Of a stretch of DNA of 64,000 nucleotides, positions 13,801-26,858 are shown in pieces (positions within the stretch are counted from its first letter, which is position 1; each line of letters opens with the position of its first letter). The translations under genes and the position numbers were made by a program. The notes under the pieces are model-generated. The model worked only from the letters and a program-made list of their open reading frames with translations. It made no database searches and was not told the origin of the DNA. Origin of the DNA: Takakia lepidozioides (taxonomy: Eukaryota > Plantae > Bryophyta); NCBI GenBank assembly GCA_030704615.1, contig CM060734.1, positions 7,936,001-8,000,000 of the forward strand, given 5' to 3'.

Positions 13801-15008
13801 GTTGCGGGAGAAGTATTAGAGGGCGAAGGAACTCCAAGGAAACTGTCGGCTGAGCTTCGGGCCAGTGCACACGACTATGTGCTTCACAACACGGCGTGCA
13901 TGAGACCGTTTCTGAGGTAAGTATACATCATTTATTTAGCTTCACATGCTAACTCTGGGGTATTTTTCCGGATACAAAATTCGCGCATTCTCAATTTTCA
14001 CTCAGCCTCTTTGTACATATTATGGTTCTGACTAAGTGTGAATTGAGTATGACCAGACTTTATGATATTGAGAAGGCCACCATAGAATCAGCCAGAGCCG
14101 AATTTCGAGCCACATACAGCACCGAAGGGAGAAATGCACACCAACGCACCGTTCCATACCCCGAAAACATGTTGCCTTTGCCTGCTTTTCATATGTGGAT
14201 ACAGTCGACAGTACAAAATGTTGTTTCAAGAGGAGCAGCGTATGATGCAAATATTTGTCATCTGTGTAAGCCACCACGGTTTGTTGCTCGTTCATTTCGC
14301 TCTATGTGGGCATACGGAAATCACTACAGAGTGGTGGAAACAGGTGTGGTTGATTACCATGTCACATTCGACTCTGGGGTTGCACAGATTTTTGCCGAAA
14401 AGTCAACGGGAAGGGGTGTGGATGGTAACCCTGTCATGAACCAGCTGCAATATGTTGGTGTTGTTTGTGAAATTTTACAGCTTCAGTATGGTGCTGTCAC
14501 TCCTGTAGTATTCATATGTGAATGGGTCAAAGCAAGCTTGACAGGTCGCAACCGCACCATGAAGAAGGATGAGTATGGTTTCCTACTCGTGGACTTCGAT
14601 CGCATGTTGCCACCGGGAGATGAACCATTCACATTTCCATGGCAAGTCGAGCAAGTTTTTTTTGCAGATGAGCCCTCCAACGCTGGTAACTGGAAAGTAG
14701 TACTTCAGAAGGAGCCGCGCTCACGGCGCGTGGTACATGATGTCACTGGTGTCAGCTTGGGTGAGAATGAGTCATGCGTAAGGATGCAAGTGGCGGAGGC
14801 ATTGGAGGATGTGAATCCCAACACAAAATTTGGACCTTCAACGACCCTTACCGAAGCTGAGATGGCTACTATTGCTATGATGAGGCCCCCACGAAGGACG
14901 AACCATGGCACCGAGATAGTGAGGATTGCAACACTGACCATGAGTGTAGTGAAAATAGTAGCGATGAAGATGACTACATCTGGTAAAAGGACAATAGCGT
15001 CATGTTGA
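10867..15008 (+). pseudogene. CACTA TnpD transposase of element 1 (transposase-associated CPC..C exon, Transposase_21, DUF4218- and DUF4216-like regions)
   Basis: CPCNDCHGG; IHACEKGCVLY; VLRHFPLIPRLQRMY; RNLRLGLAWDGINPF; WPVLLMNYNLPP; LDVMHCEKN; KSHDYH; FPPSFFD.MTHL..HLVDE; WMYPIERYMK. GT-AG introns at about 11044-11253, 12726-13034 and 13917-14056; frameshift at poly-C 12562-12579; in-frame stops. Confidence 0.95.
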
Positions 15009-17943
15009 CATTTAAACTGACACACTGAGTGACATTTTGAGTTCCAAATCACATGACACCCTGTGCTTCAGCCACTGGCCTGGTAAAAGGACAATAGCAT
15101 TATATGACATTTTGAGTGGCACACTGAGGGGCATTTTGAGTCCCAAATCACAGAACATCCTGTGCTGCAGCATCCACTTGTTGCGGTTATTTTCCCTGTG
15201 AATGTAGCAGCGAGGAAGATGATTCCTGGTAAAAGGGCAATAGCGTCATGTTGCTTCAGTTGTTACTCCACCTCTCTACTATCTCCCCCCTTCCCACATC
15301 CATGCCTTACTTACTCTCTAGCTACAAACTGAATTCTGATGCCCCTGCTCCTCCCTCCCCCTCTCTATTACTCACGCTGAACAATCAATTGTACAAAATG
15401 CTTGCCAAATCATAGGACACCATGTGCTTCAGCCAGCGGCCAACTCCCCCACTCCACTTGTTCTTTTTCCTAAAGCATGCTTTCTATTTTCCCTGTGTTC
15501 AGATTGTGGGGGTTGGGTGCAATGTGTTGGGGATGTACTTCTTTATGATGTTTGTTCTGGTTTGGTGCAGTCGGGGGACAATCTGCACAGCAAGTCACAT
15601 GTTGGATCTGATGGGCATTGCAACTGTGGATGGTGATTCACATGTCTTCCCCACTAATGGGACCCCTCTGTTCATGCTTGGGATTTGGCAAGTTCGTAAA
15701 CCCCCACTTTTTTTACTGTGTGCTTGCAGGTCACATGTGCTGCATGGGGCAGAGCCATTCAGTTGGCTACAGGTTCAATTCCTCCACACATGAAAATATG
15801 TGGCCCTATTTATGATGGCTTTGACTTACTCATAGAGAGGGCTCGTGTGTTGGTTACTCTATTTTTGGCTTGTTTAAAAACCCTCACTGTGACAGGGATG
15901 AGGCTTCTATCATTGCTCAATTTTCCACTTGTGATGGTGGAGGAGAATGTTCATGAATCACAAGAAGGTCTGTGGCACCTCGGAACCCATGAATTCAGAA
16001 TCATGGAGATTCCAGATTCATATATAGCCAAAGTTGATCTTTTGCTTTGTGATTTCTCTTTGTTTCTCATGTTTGTGAGATTCGGTGCTTCATCCCTCTG
16101 CATGTACCACCCCGCTTTGTCATGATTGCAAGTTGGAATTGTAGAGATGACCTTTCTTTGAAAACATACATACTTTGTATGGGGGGCTTGAGGTGAGCGA
16201 TCCAGAGACCATTATGTGTTACAGACACTAATTACCAGTCCACATTATGGGTGTGTACTTTGCATGGATTTGCAACCCCCCACATTATTTGGTCCTTCCA
16301 AAAATGAAACTCTTTCTTGCTAGAGCTGGAAGCTCATGGGCGCTATGCCTTCAACCATCCAGATGTGCTGTTATTTGTTCTGAATGTGGACATCACCACA
16401 TGTGCACTTGTAATTTTACCGCCCATTACCAAGTTGTTGCACCACACATGAAATAAAAGTATTACAGATTCATAAGCAGTATGGTTGAAAGGTCTGAGAA
16501 GTAGATAACAAGAGGCAAGTTGAACGTCGTACAGGGAACACTCAGTTTTTGACAGGAGAGGCCAGTTAAGTACCTAAACTTGAGGCAAAACCCAAAAGGA
16601 TAATGTATGTAGGCTGAAATGTGGATAGTCTCTGCATTGCTACTGCTTCACCCCCAAACCATCATGGCCACAAGTACCAACGCTGAAAACTGCAGCAGAA
16701 ACGTCATGCATGAGACGATTGCGGGAAGCTACAGTGCATGAATGTACATTGCGGTGTATGTCAATGACACTGTGTATATCCTCGCTCACCTCGATCCATG
16801 ATCACCATGAAATCGTGCTCATCCGAGAGGGCATGGAAGGCCAGTCAATGTGTACCACAGGGAGTAATCATAGAGCAACGGGTACTTCTTGCCAACAGAT
16901 CGGAGCCTCTTATTGCAATTTGCAAGGCACCAAAAGTAGGCCACAGGCTCCTTCTTGTGGATGCCACTCTGACCCAACCAGTGGAGCACGACGATGATAG
17001 CTTTTTCTGCGCAGGCATTCTGTCCTGGTACACGTTCTTGGGTTGACTTCTGCTTTTTGATCGAATGCGCGATTCCAAGCGCAACGGTGCTCCATGATTT
17101 TCATCCAGAATTGGCTGGTTTCGTAGACGCTTCTGCTCGACTTCGCGGTAGTGAGAGGCCCGTTTCCACACCTGCGATTGAGGAGGCATTCCTGCACACT
17201 TTGAAATGCTTTGCCGAGATAGAGAGTCCACTGGAGTGCAAAGCAAGCAGATGAAGGAAGCAGACGACATTCGGTAATGCGCGGGAACCACCTTGTCTGC
17301 CAAAGTGGACAATGGACAAGTCGCACGTAGGGAAATCATGTCTGTGCCTTTTCCAGCACATCGGTGGTGACTTGGCATTAGGGGCTGGTCTCACGGTGCA
17401 TTTTCCACGCCATATGGTCCATTCCACACTTCGTAATTAACATGCAGGAATTATGGTGTTGGTGAGATATGTAACTAGTTTTATTTTATTTTATTTTATT
17501 TTATATAAATAAATGAAACAGGGAGGCCGTGGCATGGGACTTTATATGGGGGAAAAAATAAAACCCCCATGAACGCCATGAGAGTCACACACTGTAGTGC
17601 GACCATCTCTTTGTATTTCCGAGGCCAGATTTCGAAGTTCGTGATTTATTTTGTTTGCAACGGAGTACTAACTAAACCCATACACCACAATCAGTGGAAA
17701 TTATTGTATGTTCCCATTTCACACAGGTGTGTAACATGCCATGTAAACTAAGCCAACCCCTGCCACGCTCATGGCTGTTTTCACACCGTTCTTGCGTGGG
17801 GTGTGGACCACATGTGAGACCCCACAGTTAGGGCATATTTAGACCCACACCTTGGCTCAGTGTACAGACCCGTGATAAAAGCCGTGGAATGTGCCAGGTG
17901 TGAGATGGCACAGCCGTGGAAAAAGCCGGTTTCTCTTCTAGTG

Positions 17944-18767
17944 TTCTTGCCTGCCGGTCCATTCAAACAAGAAATGTCATCCTGGTTGTCTAACATGACA
18001 ACTCCAGGTGTTACCATGGCGCGCTCGATGGCTGGCCTAGCTGACAACTCCATCTACCTGGAAGCTGCAGCTTGCCATGGTGTCGCCGTGGCAGTCTTGA
18101 CCTGCAAATCCGAGGATCCCTCCGGCACTACACCTCCCACTATCTCCGCAGAAGATGAAGTAACCTCTCCACTCTCACAGAGTGTAGCTGCCAGCCTGAA
18201 CACCTCAGCTGGTCTTACCCCCGGCGTCGCAATCATGGTAGCCGAGAACAATAGAGCCTGGCACACAGATGTGGCCGCTCCCAGCAGCACACTAGCTACC
18301 GTAGCCTTGGCAACACTAGGTGTGGTACTACCCGTGTAGCTCTCCCCAATGGCATAGTAACCTCCGCCTCGGTAACAGTTGGGCGAGAATTAGGTGTCAT
18401 GGATGGCATCGACACTGTCTCCGCCAATGTGAATGACTGAGGAAGCCTAGCCTGACGGCTTGCCTCCCCACGCTGTGGATCCAACTCCACCTCTGCACCT
18501 CAAGGCTCAGGAACTCGTGCTGCTCCTCGAGTCACGGCTGCAGCAGACTCCACCTGCACTAGTGGTAGTGCTGCTCCGCACATGAATCCCATGCCTCCCA
18601 TATCTCCTCCCTCAGGAGCAGGAGGTGGACCATCCGGCCTTGGAGCCAGTACCACCTGAGCTGTAGCCATGGTAGCGAGCCTCTGCTCTAGCTGCTGAAG
18701 CCGGTTGGCCATGCCTTGGTCAACACCCTGACCTCCGCGTCTTTGGCCATGTTGAGCTTGCCCTTGG
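17944..18767 (-). mobile_element. DNMT-Gypsy family copy A: gag/protease linker fragment trapped between two CACTA insertions
   Basis: Closely matches 52225-53112 (e.g. ELDPQRGEASRQARLPQSFTLAETV, MANRLQQLEQRLA). Confidence 0.92.
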
Positions 18768-20444
18768 CACTAATACAGAAACCGGTTTTTTTAACGGCTC
18801 TTCTCACACATTTTGGTGTGAAAAGAGCCCAAGTTCACACCCCCCCTTGGTGTTAGGTTAACCTAGTCCTTTGCACCACATGTGAACTTTCTTGGTCCTG
18901 TGAAAAAACCCATCTCACACCAAACTTGCACCTGATGTGGCAGTAGGTTTAGGTGGCTCTTTTGACGGATATTTTGACGGCCGTTTTGACTGGTTAGTTC
19001 AACTACTATTTTGACTAAGTAATCTTAATGGTCTTTCTACGGTACTTATTACACCTCATTGCCACCATGTCTGCCACATGTATGTCAAAGGGAATGCCAC
19101 GTAATAGAGTCCATCAGAATTATTAAATAAATAATAGATATTAAGGGCTCTTCTTACGGATTCTCTCACACAGATTTAACACCAGGTTCAAGTCGTGGTG
19201 TGATCGCAATGACACTAGTGTGAATACTGTCATATCCATTGTTTTGTTCCTATTGGACGAAAAGTAAACAATTATTATTTGTTGACAAATGCCAAAATGA
19301 ATAGTCATATTATTATTATTATTATTATTCTTATTCTTATAATAAATGGGATAGCACCCCAAAAGCCATTGGCTGCTTGATTTAATATGTAATATATTAT
19401 TATTTTAGAATTATTATTTGTTTTGTTTCATTTAAACAAAAGCTTATTTAAAACAGGGATAATAATTGTATTATTAACCACATTGACCAATAGTAATGTT
19501 ATTAATATTAAATATAGCAAACAACCAGCAAAATACCACATTCATGTCTACACAAGAAAAATTTGGCTTGATGTGGGAAAATGAAGTTGCCCTTGAACAA
19601 GGGGATCTTGTGATCATACATGAGAATAGTAAGAGCATCAATTCAAAAAATACTGTTCATGTGAGAAGATCTGTTTTGTTCACCTGTCTCAGCAACCCTC
19701 AATCCATAAAGAAAACTAAACCAGCAAACACCCCAACCCTACCTATTGCAGTACTTCCAATTCTGAATTGCATTTGCTTGTCTCTATACTACATGCTGAC
19801 ATGATCAAAGCTGGAACGGTGCCATACCTAGTTGGTAGCAGGTTATGCATGGTCAACATGGATGTGGTAGGACGATGTCACAAAACTACCTTTGTAGGTT
19901 GTTGGGCCTGCAGCTATGTGGCGATACATAAGAGGTGTATTGATCCAGCATCAGACAAGGAAACAAAATTGCACAAATGAAGTACTTACACTGTGCGGAT
20001 TTTGTTGGTCACCCTGTGGTTCAGTTAGATCCACTATGGTTGTAGTCTGATTGATAGCACATATTGTACTCTCCCTGTCCATTGAACGCTTCACTGGTTT
20101 CACCATCTGTATATTGAATGACACAACGATCAAAAAATGAGAATAGCACGAATGACACACATTGTGAAGTAGCATTAACAATACAAATCCACCCACGCGC
20201 CCAAGCATTGAAACTTTTGCTCTCACCTTTCTTTGATTATGCTTTGTTGTTGCATCGGGAGGCAAAGTCGTTGGAACTCTGGCAGCAGAAGCCCTGGTTC
20301 GGATGCCTTTGCAGATTGTTGTGATCCACTACCCATGGCTGCAGTATTGAACAAGTAGTTGGGCTGCCCATATCTGTATGGGTGCCCTGACACATACTCA
20401 GGGATGTGTGCAGCCTTGGATACACCCTCTAACCAAGGCAGTAA

Positions 20445-21506
20445 TTATTTCATAAGCCTCTTGCAGTTTGGCTGATCCCTCAACTTCCATGGATACGGGA
20501 AGATGCAATTATTTGCAGGGTTGGGTAAGCAAGTGAGTGGGGAATCGTCCACCAGCAAAGTATTGGTTGGATTGTAATGGCTGTAGTCCTTCCAAAACTT
20601 ACATAAGTTCTTGTACATGACAGTTTTAGAAGGATTGAAAGGGTCCACCATTCCCACAGGCTGGTCACAATAGTCTTGGTGAAGCACCATCTTTGGTTGC
20701 TTCCCACGAAACAAAGCTTTCACAACTGGAAGGACATTACTCAATGACATGGAAGACCATACACCTACATCAAAAATCTGAAGGCATCGGTCCAGAAACT
20801 CCTGACACCCAGGTCTGGAGGTGACAGTGGGCTCTAGGTATTCCCTTGTTCGTAGTTTGCTCTCACATAACAATCCATTCAAGTCAAGTATAAGGATGTG
20901 TTTCTGCCTCTCAGTTGCCGAAGGGCAATTACCTACAACTTGTACATGATTATCATGTACAAAAGACACACCTTTCTGTGGGGCACTCTGCAAATTCATG
21001 GAGACCTCACAGGCATATTGAGAGGGTAGTACATATGCCGGCAGTGCTACTGGTGTAGGGGACAACAAAACTGATGAACACTTTGCAGTTGCCTCAACAA
21101 TATGGGGGGATGGATTGAGTTCACCTTCAGACCAACCCTCCATGTCATCATCCCCCTCTATTTCTGAAAGCCCAAACAATGCGCCTATTGTGTTTGGCTT
21201 TGGTGGCGGTGAAGAAACTGCCTTGAACAGGTTGAGTGGTGAGCCCATAACATGAGAAATAGTCTCATTTGTTGGATGTGGCGCAAAGGTGGTGCATGGT
21301 GGACCTGTAGGCTGTGAATCTGGCACATTCATGCCAAGTTTAGCTGCGAGCGCAATGTTGAATGCAGCTGCTGCCTCCAGTTGGACTTGGACTGCTTCCA
21401 AAGCTGCCTTGGAGCTGGCTTCCATCTGCACTTGTTTGTTTTCCATAGCATCGAGGCGAGCTGCTAGTGAACCAATTCCCTGCCCCATCACATAGAACAC
21501 CTCCAA
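20445..21506 (-). CDS. Exon of the element 2 TnpA-like gene carrying an FCP1/NIF-type HAD phosphatase-like domain (domain about 20470-20905)
   Basis: HILILDLNGLL, SRPGCQEFLDRCLQIFDVGVWSS, LHQDYC, YKNLCKFW, YNPTNTLLVDDSP, NPANNCIFP. Confidence 0.85.
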   Translation of the reverse strand: MEVFYVMGQGIGSLAARLDAMENKQVQMEASSKAALEAVQVQLEAAAAFNIALAAKLGMNVPDSQPTGPPCTTFAPHPTNETISHVMGSPLNLFKAVSSPPPKPNTIGALFGLSEIEGDDDMEGWSEGELNPSPHIVEATAKCSSVLLSPTPVALPAYVLPSQYACEVSMNLQSAPQKGVSFVHDNHVQVVGNCPSATERQKHILILDLNGLLCESKLRTREYLEPTVTSRPGCQEFLDRCLQIFDVGVWSSMSLSNVLPVVKALFRGKQPKMVLHQDYCDQPVGMVDPFNPSKTVMYKNLCKFWKDYSHYNPTNTLLVDDSPLTCLPNPANNCIFPYPWKLRDQPNCKRLMK

Positions 21507-23449
21507 AGTAACAATTCACTACACTGACTGATGAACTAGTAAGAAAAGAGAACCAAACGGCAACTAGCAATGGCATGGAAATCACGAATATGTAATTCAC
21601 ACCAGAATTGGTACTGAGTTCATATACCGTTGTGGCTGCACTGCCTGTACACCCCGACCCGTAGCCTTTGTCACTCCTGGCGCTACCGGCGATCTCCTGC
21701 AAACTTGGTGTACGTCCAGTCTCCTTCTCCTGTGATTGCAACAAACTTGCAAGTGTAAATGACTAGCACAGCACACTGCCATGCCAACAGTAAAGAATTA
21801 TCTAGGATAGCGTCAATGACTCCCCTCAATAAGAGTGCTTAGTTTCTTGCTGGCGCCCAACTCTGAGAAGGCCTCAAGTAGTAGCAATGTGTACTAATTC
21901 CATCCATATAGGAATAGACTATGAGCTCCATCCAAAAAAACCCAACACATAAAGTTTGTCAATGCAAAACAATGTGGGAACTTCCTATGTTGTAAGAGAA
22001 GTATACCAGTCGTGCTACAACACCGCTGATTCCACTGTGACCCGATCGAGATGTATTCTTCACACATCCCGCGCCTTGACACCATTTGCCTGGAATTTCT
22101 TGAAATCAGTGGAACCCCAACTAACAACTAGTTGTGCCCATGTCTTGTCTGGCACATGATGGGGTTTGGGCAGCCCCACACTATAGTAATTTTTGAACAG
22201 CTTATTTCGTTGGTACTTGAGCTGCCCGCAAATTGTTTTTGTAATAGCCTTTATGTTAAGACCAGGAGGTCCGTATTCCCAATCTGAAGCCAAGATCTCC
22301 ATGATCTTTTCAATTAAGTGTAATGGTTGATCCTGAGCATACAATGACCAGTCCAACAAACGTTGACACTGCCCTCGCAGAGCTGTCATCCACTGGTTCC
22401 GAGCAGGACCTTCAGGGTTTCCAAATTCATCACAAGAAATGAAAAATTTCCTCCTCCCTACAGCCACATTCTGAGCAGCCTGGTCTCTCAGATCTTTTGC
22501 AAGTGCCCTTCTTTCCCTCCTTAAAGCATTTTTGCGTTCTATAGGAGTCACACCTGATGTCCCCCCAGGAGTAAGGCTGGAATCCTGCAAGGTTTCAGCA
22601 GTACCTTGCATGTTACCACCTTCACTCTGTTGGGGCTGGACTGTTGTCTCCCACCCCACAGATGATGCGGAGCAAATGCATCCTCGGTCTGTTTCAGAAT
22701 GCCTTTCCCTTTCAGGGTATTAGGTGTACCTGGAGATGTTGGATAAAGAGGTGGCCGCGGTGCAGTGAAGCTCGAAGGTGCCGGCTGTTGTACTCCACTG
22801 TAGTTGGATCCTGAAGGTTGGTGGCCACCATACTGGACCTGCCCCTGGTGTGGTCTTGCAGGGCTGGTAGGATAGAGGGAGGAAGTAGGTTGGTTGTACA
22901 TAGGCCGAGGAGGATACATACTATGGGGATGCATTCCATAATGGTGGTAAATGGAATACCCACCTTGACTAGGATCATGCATTGGAGCGCCTGCAGGTGG
23001 AGCAAAAGAATTGTAATTCTGGCACTGAGGATCATTGTTTGGAGGTTGATAGTGAGGATACGGCATGTGCCCATGCAGATTATACCCTAACATGGCAGGA
23101 TACTGCGGGTACATAAGCGGATACGAGGGAGGAGCCGATACTGGTGGATACAAGGGAGCTGGAACGTCAGTCTGTGGAGTGGGCGGGGCTGGTTTTTCGT
23201 AAGTTGGAACAACCGCGCCACTCATCACAACAGTTGGCGCAATAGTTGGTGCACACTTTGCTGGAGTAAGAGACTTATGCTCGTTCGCATCCTTCCCTGC
23301 AATTCCCTTCCTTTTTTTTACTGAACTCTGCACACATTGCTCAACATAAACATGAGAAACAATACCACCATACTACTAGGGATGGCAAACCTAGTGGGTA
23401 AGCAAAGCCCAAAGGCCTATGCAAGAAGACCCTGTCAGTCAGACCTACC

Positions 23450-25167
23450 TATAAACAGTGAGGAGTCTTCTAAAGAATGGAAGGGTACAGTGGAAATGAC
23501 TGTCTACAATCCAAGACAACCCTGAAAAACTGGAGTGCATCACAAAGGGGTACAACGTGCCCATTAGTTCCTCTGAGATTGCTGAAGCAATAGATCATCT
23601 AAAGGGCTATAAAGTTGGTGTGTCTGATACGATTGTCAAGCCTGGTGTGATCATATGGTAGATGCCCTTGCACTCCTCTGGGACCTTATTTGGAAGACTG
23701 AAATGATACCCTTTCGCTGGAGAGAGGGTGTCAGTGTCAATCTGAGGTGACAGATGACAGCCTAGGAACTACCGTAGCATTACACTTCTTACCACAGTTT
23801 GCAAGCTGTTCTGTAGGATAATAAGCACCCATCTTGAGGTTGATTTGGAGTCTGGAAGTGTTTTCCATGAAGGTGAGGCAGGCTTCCTGGGGGCTGTGTC
23901 AACCATGTCCCTGAGCTGGCCTATTCAAGGAAGGAAAAAAGAAAGAAACCTCTAAGGAAACCTCTGTCCAAGAACGACACCTTCCTTCTACAAAGGTTTC
24001 CTTCCTTGACATCTTATGGTGCACGCGCTGACATGCTCTCTTTGAGCACCAAAAGCTGAATGGATTCTAAAGTTTTAGCATGATTGGAGTTGGCCAACCC
24101 ACACGGCAGATGTGTACTCCAAGGCCTGATAAGGCCTGATCTCTTCATAAGTGCTGGTATGGCGGCATCACCCATCTGTAACCCAAATCTCTTGCTTTCC
24201 TAATTTTTAAAGGGCTGATAAACGAAAACATTGAAGAGCAGCGGGGAGAGGGTACAACCTTGAGCTACACCTTGGTCAATGTCAAAGAAATTAGACTTCT
24301 CGCTATTGACCACAACACAAGCTTTGGTGTTCGCATGCAGGTTGTGAACCATCCTCCATATCTTTCCCCTGACCCCAGAAGCTGTAGAACAACTGACATG
24401 GCTGCTCAGGGCAAGTTTGGAGTACCAGCCTTGACCTCTCAACATGATGAGTTCAAGGTCAGATGGTACAGTCAGCTGAATCGCATGCCTCATACCAGCG
24501 ACCCTATGATAAATACCTGAATATTAGGAAGGAAGAACTCACCCTGCTAGATGAATCTGACGTGGAGGCTGAAGTGTCTAAGGCCATGTCAAAAGCATGA
24601 AGAATGTCCGAACAAAACAATGTTAGGCATAAACTTCCCTGAACTCGTTTCCAGTTTGTGACATGGGTGAGGACTTTGAGGATGATCTGAAGGGCAGACC
24701 TACCCTTGGCACTAGACTGAAAATTTTACCTCAGGATGGGGAGTCTACCTTTGAACAATAAACAGATGCAGAGAGGAAAGGGAGATTGTCAATGCTCACT
24801 GGTGTGGGTGGCCTGAAGACAATGTCCATTTTCTGATACAAGTCCGGGGTATTCTCATCAGAGAGCGACCCTCTTCAGGACCATCAAGAACATAGTCCCT
24901 GCACCTCTGTTCACCAACTTTCAATATCTCAAGGCTGAGTCTAAAGCGGTGGCCTTGTTGGGGTCTCATTGCTTGGTAGCCCACATACAACATATTGATG
25001 CTTGTGTGAAGGGCTTTCTAAAAGGAATCTGGAAAGCCTGAACTAATGTTTATAACACGGTAAGTCCTACTACTAGAGTGAGCCCCTCATGTCTGTTCCC
25101 TCTTGTTCTGCTGGGCACGGGCAAGGTCTGTGGCCACAAGGCTATGATAAGCAACTTCTCAGGAGTG

Positions 25168-25203
<36 letters not shown>
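23450..25203 (+). mobile_element. Degraded 5'-truncated LINE copy A with an internally inverted RT segment and (TC)n tail
   Basis: 23455-23740 matches 26300-26670; minus-strand RT motif GVAQGCTLSPLLFNVF within 24200-24390; 3' end shared with copy B, then (TC)n at 25171-25203. Confidence 0.75.
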
Positions 25204-25206
<3 letters not shown>

Positions 25207-26858
25207 AGTCTCGAGGACAAAGGACCTCTTTGTGGGTTGTGTTTACATGCCCACAGAGGGGACGCTCACAAGCTGATGCAGACAAAGCCTTCGAAGATGT
25301 AAAGCTGGACTGTGCTTCGTTCCTTGCCAAAGGTCAGGTGGTGCTATTGGGTGACTTCAATGCCCAGGTGGGCAAAGGGCTCCATCAGGACGATATCATT
25401 GGACCTTTTGGTGAGGACGAACTGAATTCTAATGGCAGACGGTTAATTAACTGTCTAGAAGATCTTCAGCTTTTGACCTTGAATAACAGGACAAGAGGTG
25501 ACCAAGTGCAGTGGACTCGTGAGAAATCCCAAACTGGGGAACGTTCCATTGTGGATTATATCATAATGGACAAAAATTTGTTCCCCCAGTGTGCCAATGT
25601 GTTGATCGACAGAACTGATATTGGTACCTCTGACCATTTCCTGGTTTGGAATGAGATCAAAAGGTGTTTTCCCAACACCAAGAGATATGTGAAACATTCG
25701 ATTCGGAAGTGGCGCATAGAAAAACTCCATAATGAGGAGGTCAAGGCTGAGTATGTCCAGCCCTTGCAAGAGGGTCTCCCTCATTTTGTCCAATCGCTCC
25801 AAGAACTTCAGTCTCGCTCTGATAACGCAAGAAATGAAGTCGAAAGAGCAGGGGACTCTTGGGAGAGTTTCGTTTCCTCCGTGGTTGACAAGATCATTGG
25901 GATGAAACTAATTGTCTATGGTAGAGCTGTTAATTGGTGGACCAATGAGATTAAACTCAAGATAGCTGAGAGACGAGCCCTCTATAAAGAGTGCTGCAAT
26001 TTGGAAACCAACAGAGAATTGTGGGCGAGGTACTACCAGCTCCGTAAAGATATCAAACAGCTTGTTAGGTCTCAGAAGAAATTATACTGGGACAAGTTAT
26101 ACAGTGAAATAAACTCAAAGCACCATGGTGGTAATGACAAGAAATTCTGGTTGGCCCTTCAACATTTGTACAAGCCGAAAAACGGTCAGCAAGTACAAGC
26201 GCTGAAGACTACTAAAGGTGCAGTGGTGACTTCATCGGTTGACATTGTCAAAACCTTTGAAACTCACTACAGTATCCTTGGCATAACTTCTAGGTCTAAC
26301 AGTGAGGGGTCTTCTACTGAATGGAGGGACACAGTTGGAAAAACTGTTCCTATGATGCAAAACAGCCCTGATGAACTGGAGTATATTTCAATGGCTTATA
26401 ACGCTCCCATTAGTCCTTCTGAGATTGTGGAAGCAATTGAACATTTAAATGGATATAAAGCTGGTGGACCTGATGGTATTGTCAACGAGCTTATCAAGCA
26501 CGGTGGCGATCCCATGCGGGTTGTCAACATAAATCAGGCGTTGGCAGAGACGGTTCAATCCATCAACTTCAAGACAGAATTCAATCCCTACTTCTCCTCT
26601 TTAACCTGATCTAGAAGACTGAAACGATCCCCTTTCGCTGGTGACAAGGGCGTCATTGTCAATCTATACAAGAAGGATTTCTAGAGGATATCTGGAAAAC
26701 CCGAATTAATTCTATATATGAAGGTAAGTCTTACTACCAACGTCAGCCCCTGACAGAGGTAGGTTCTGTCCCTTTTGTTCCCGCTCAAACTGGGCGCGGG
26801 GTCAATGTCCACAAGGCTACGGCAAACAACGTCTTATGAGTACAATCTCTCTCTCTCT
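25204..26858 (+). mobile_element. LINE copy B: APE endonuclease plus pre-RT region (ORF 25230-26609), RT core deleted, (TC)n tail
   Basis: VVLLGDFNAQVG, NSNGRRL, SIVDYII, GTSDHFLV (APE endonuclease); KAGGPDGIVNELIK (pre-RT). Jumps near 26676 to the 3' end homologous to 25010-25170; (TC)n at 26846-26858. Confidence 0.9.

Larger units (their letters stand above)
5400..17943 (+). mobile_element. CACTA/EnSpm element 1 (right end at 17943; left end outside the window or lost)
   Basis: Right terminus reads CACTAGAAGAGAAACCGGCTTTTTCCACGGC on the minus strand, similar to the element 2 TIR; CACACC/GGTGTG subterminal repeats; contains TnpD and TnpA-like genes; sequence after 17943 is Gypsy gag. Confidence 0.85.

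Noticed and set aside
16700-17430. Overlapping ORFs near the right end of CACTA 1 as captured cargo
   Set aside because: Composition looks coding-like but no frame gave a motif I recognise; it needs a BLASTX search.
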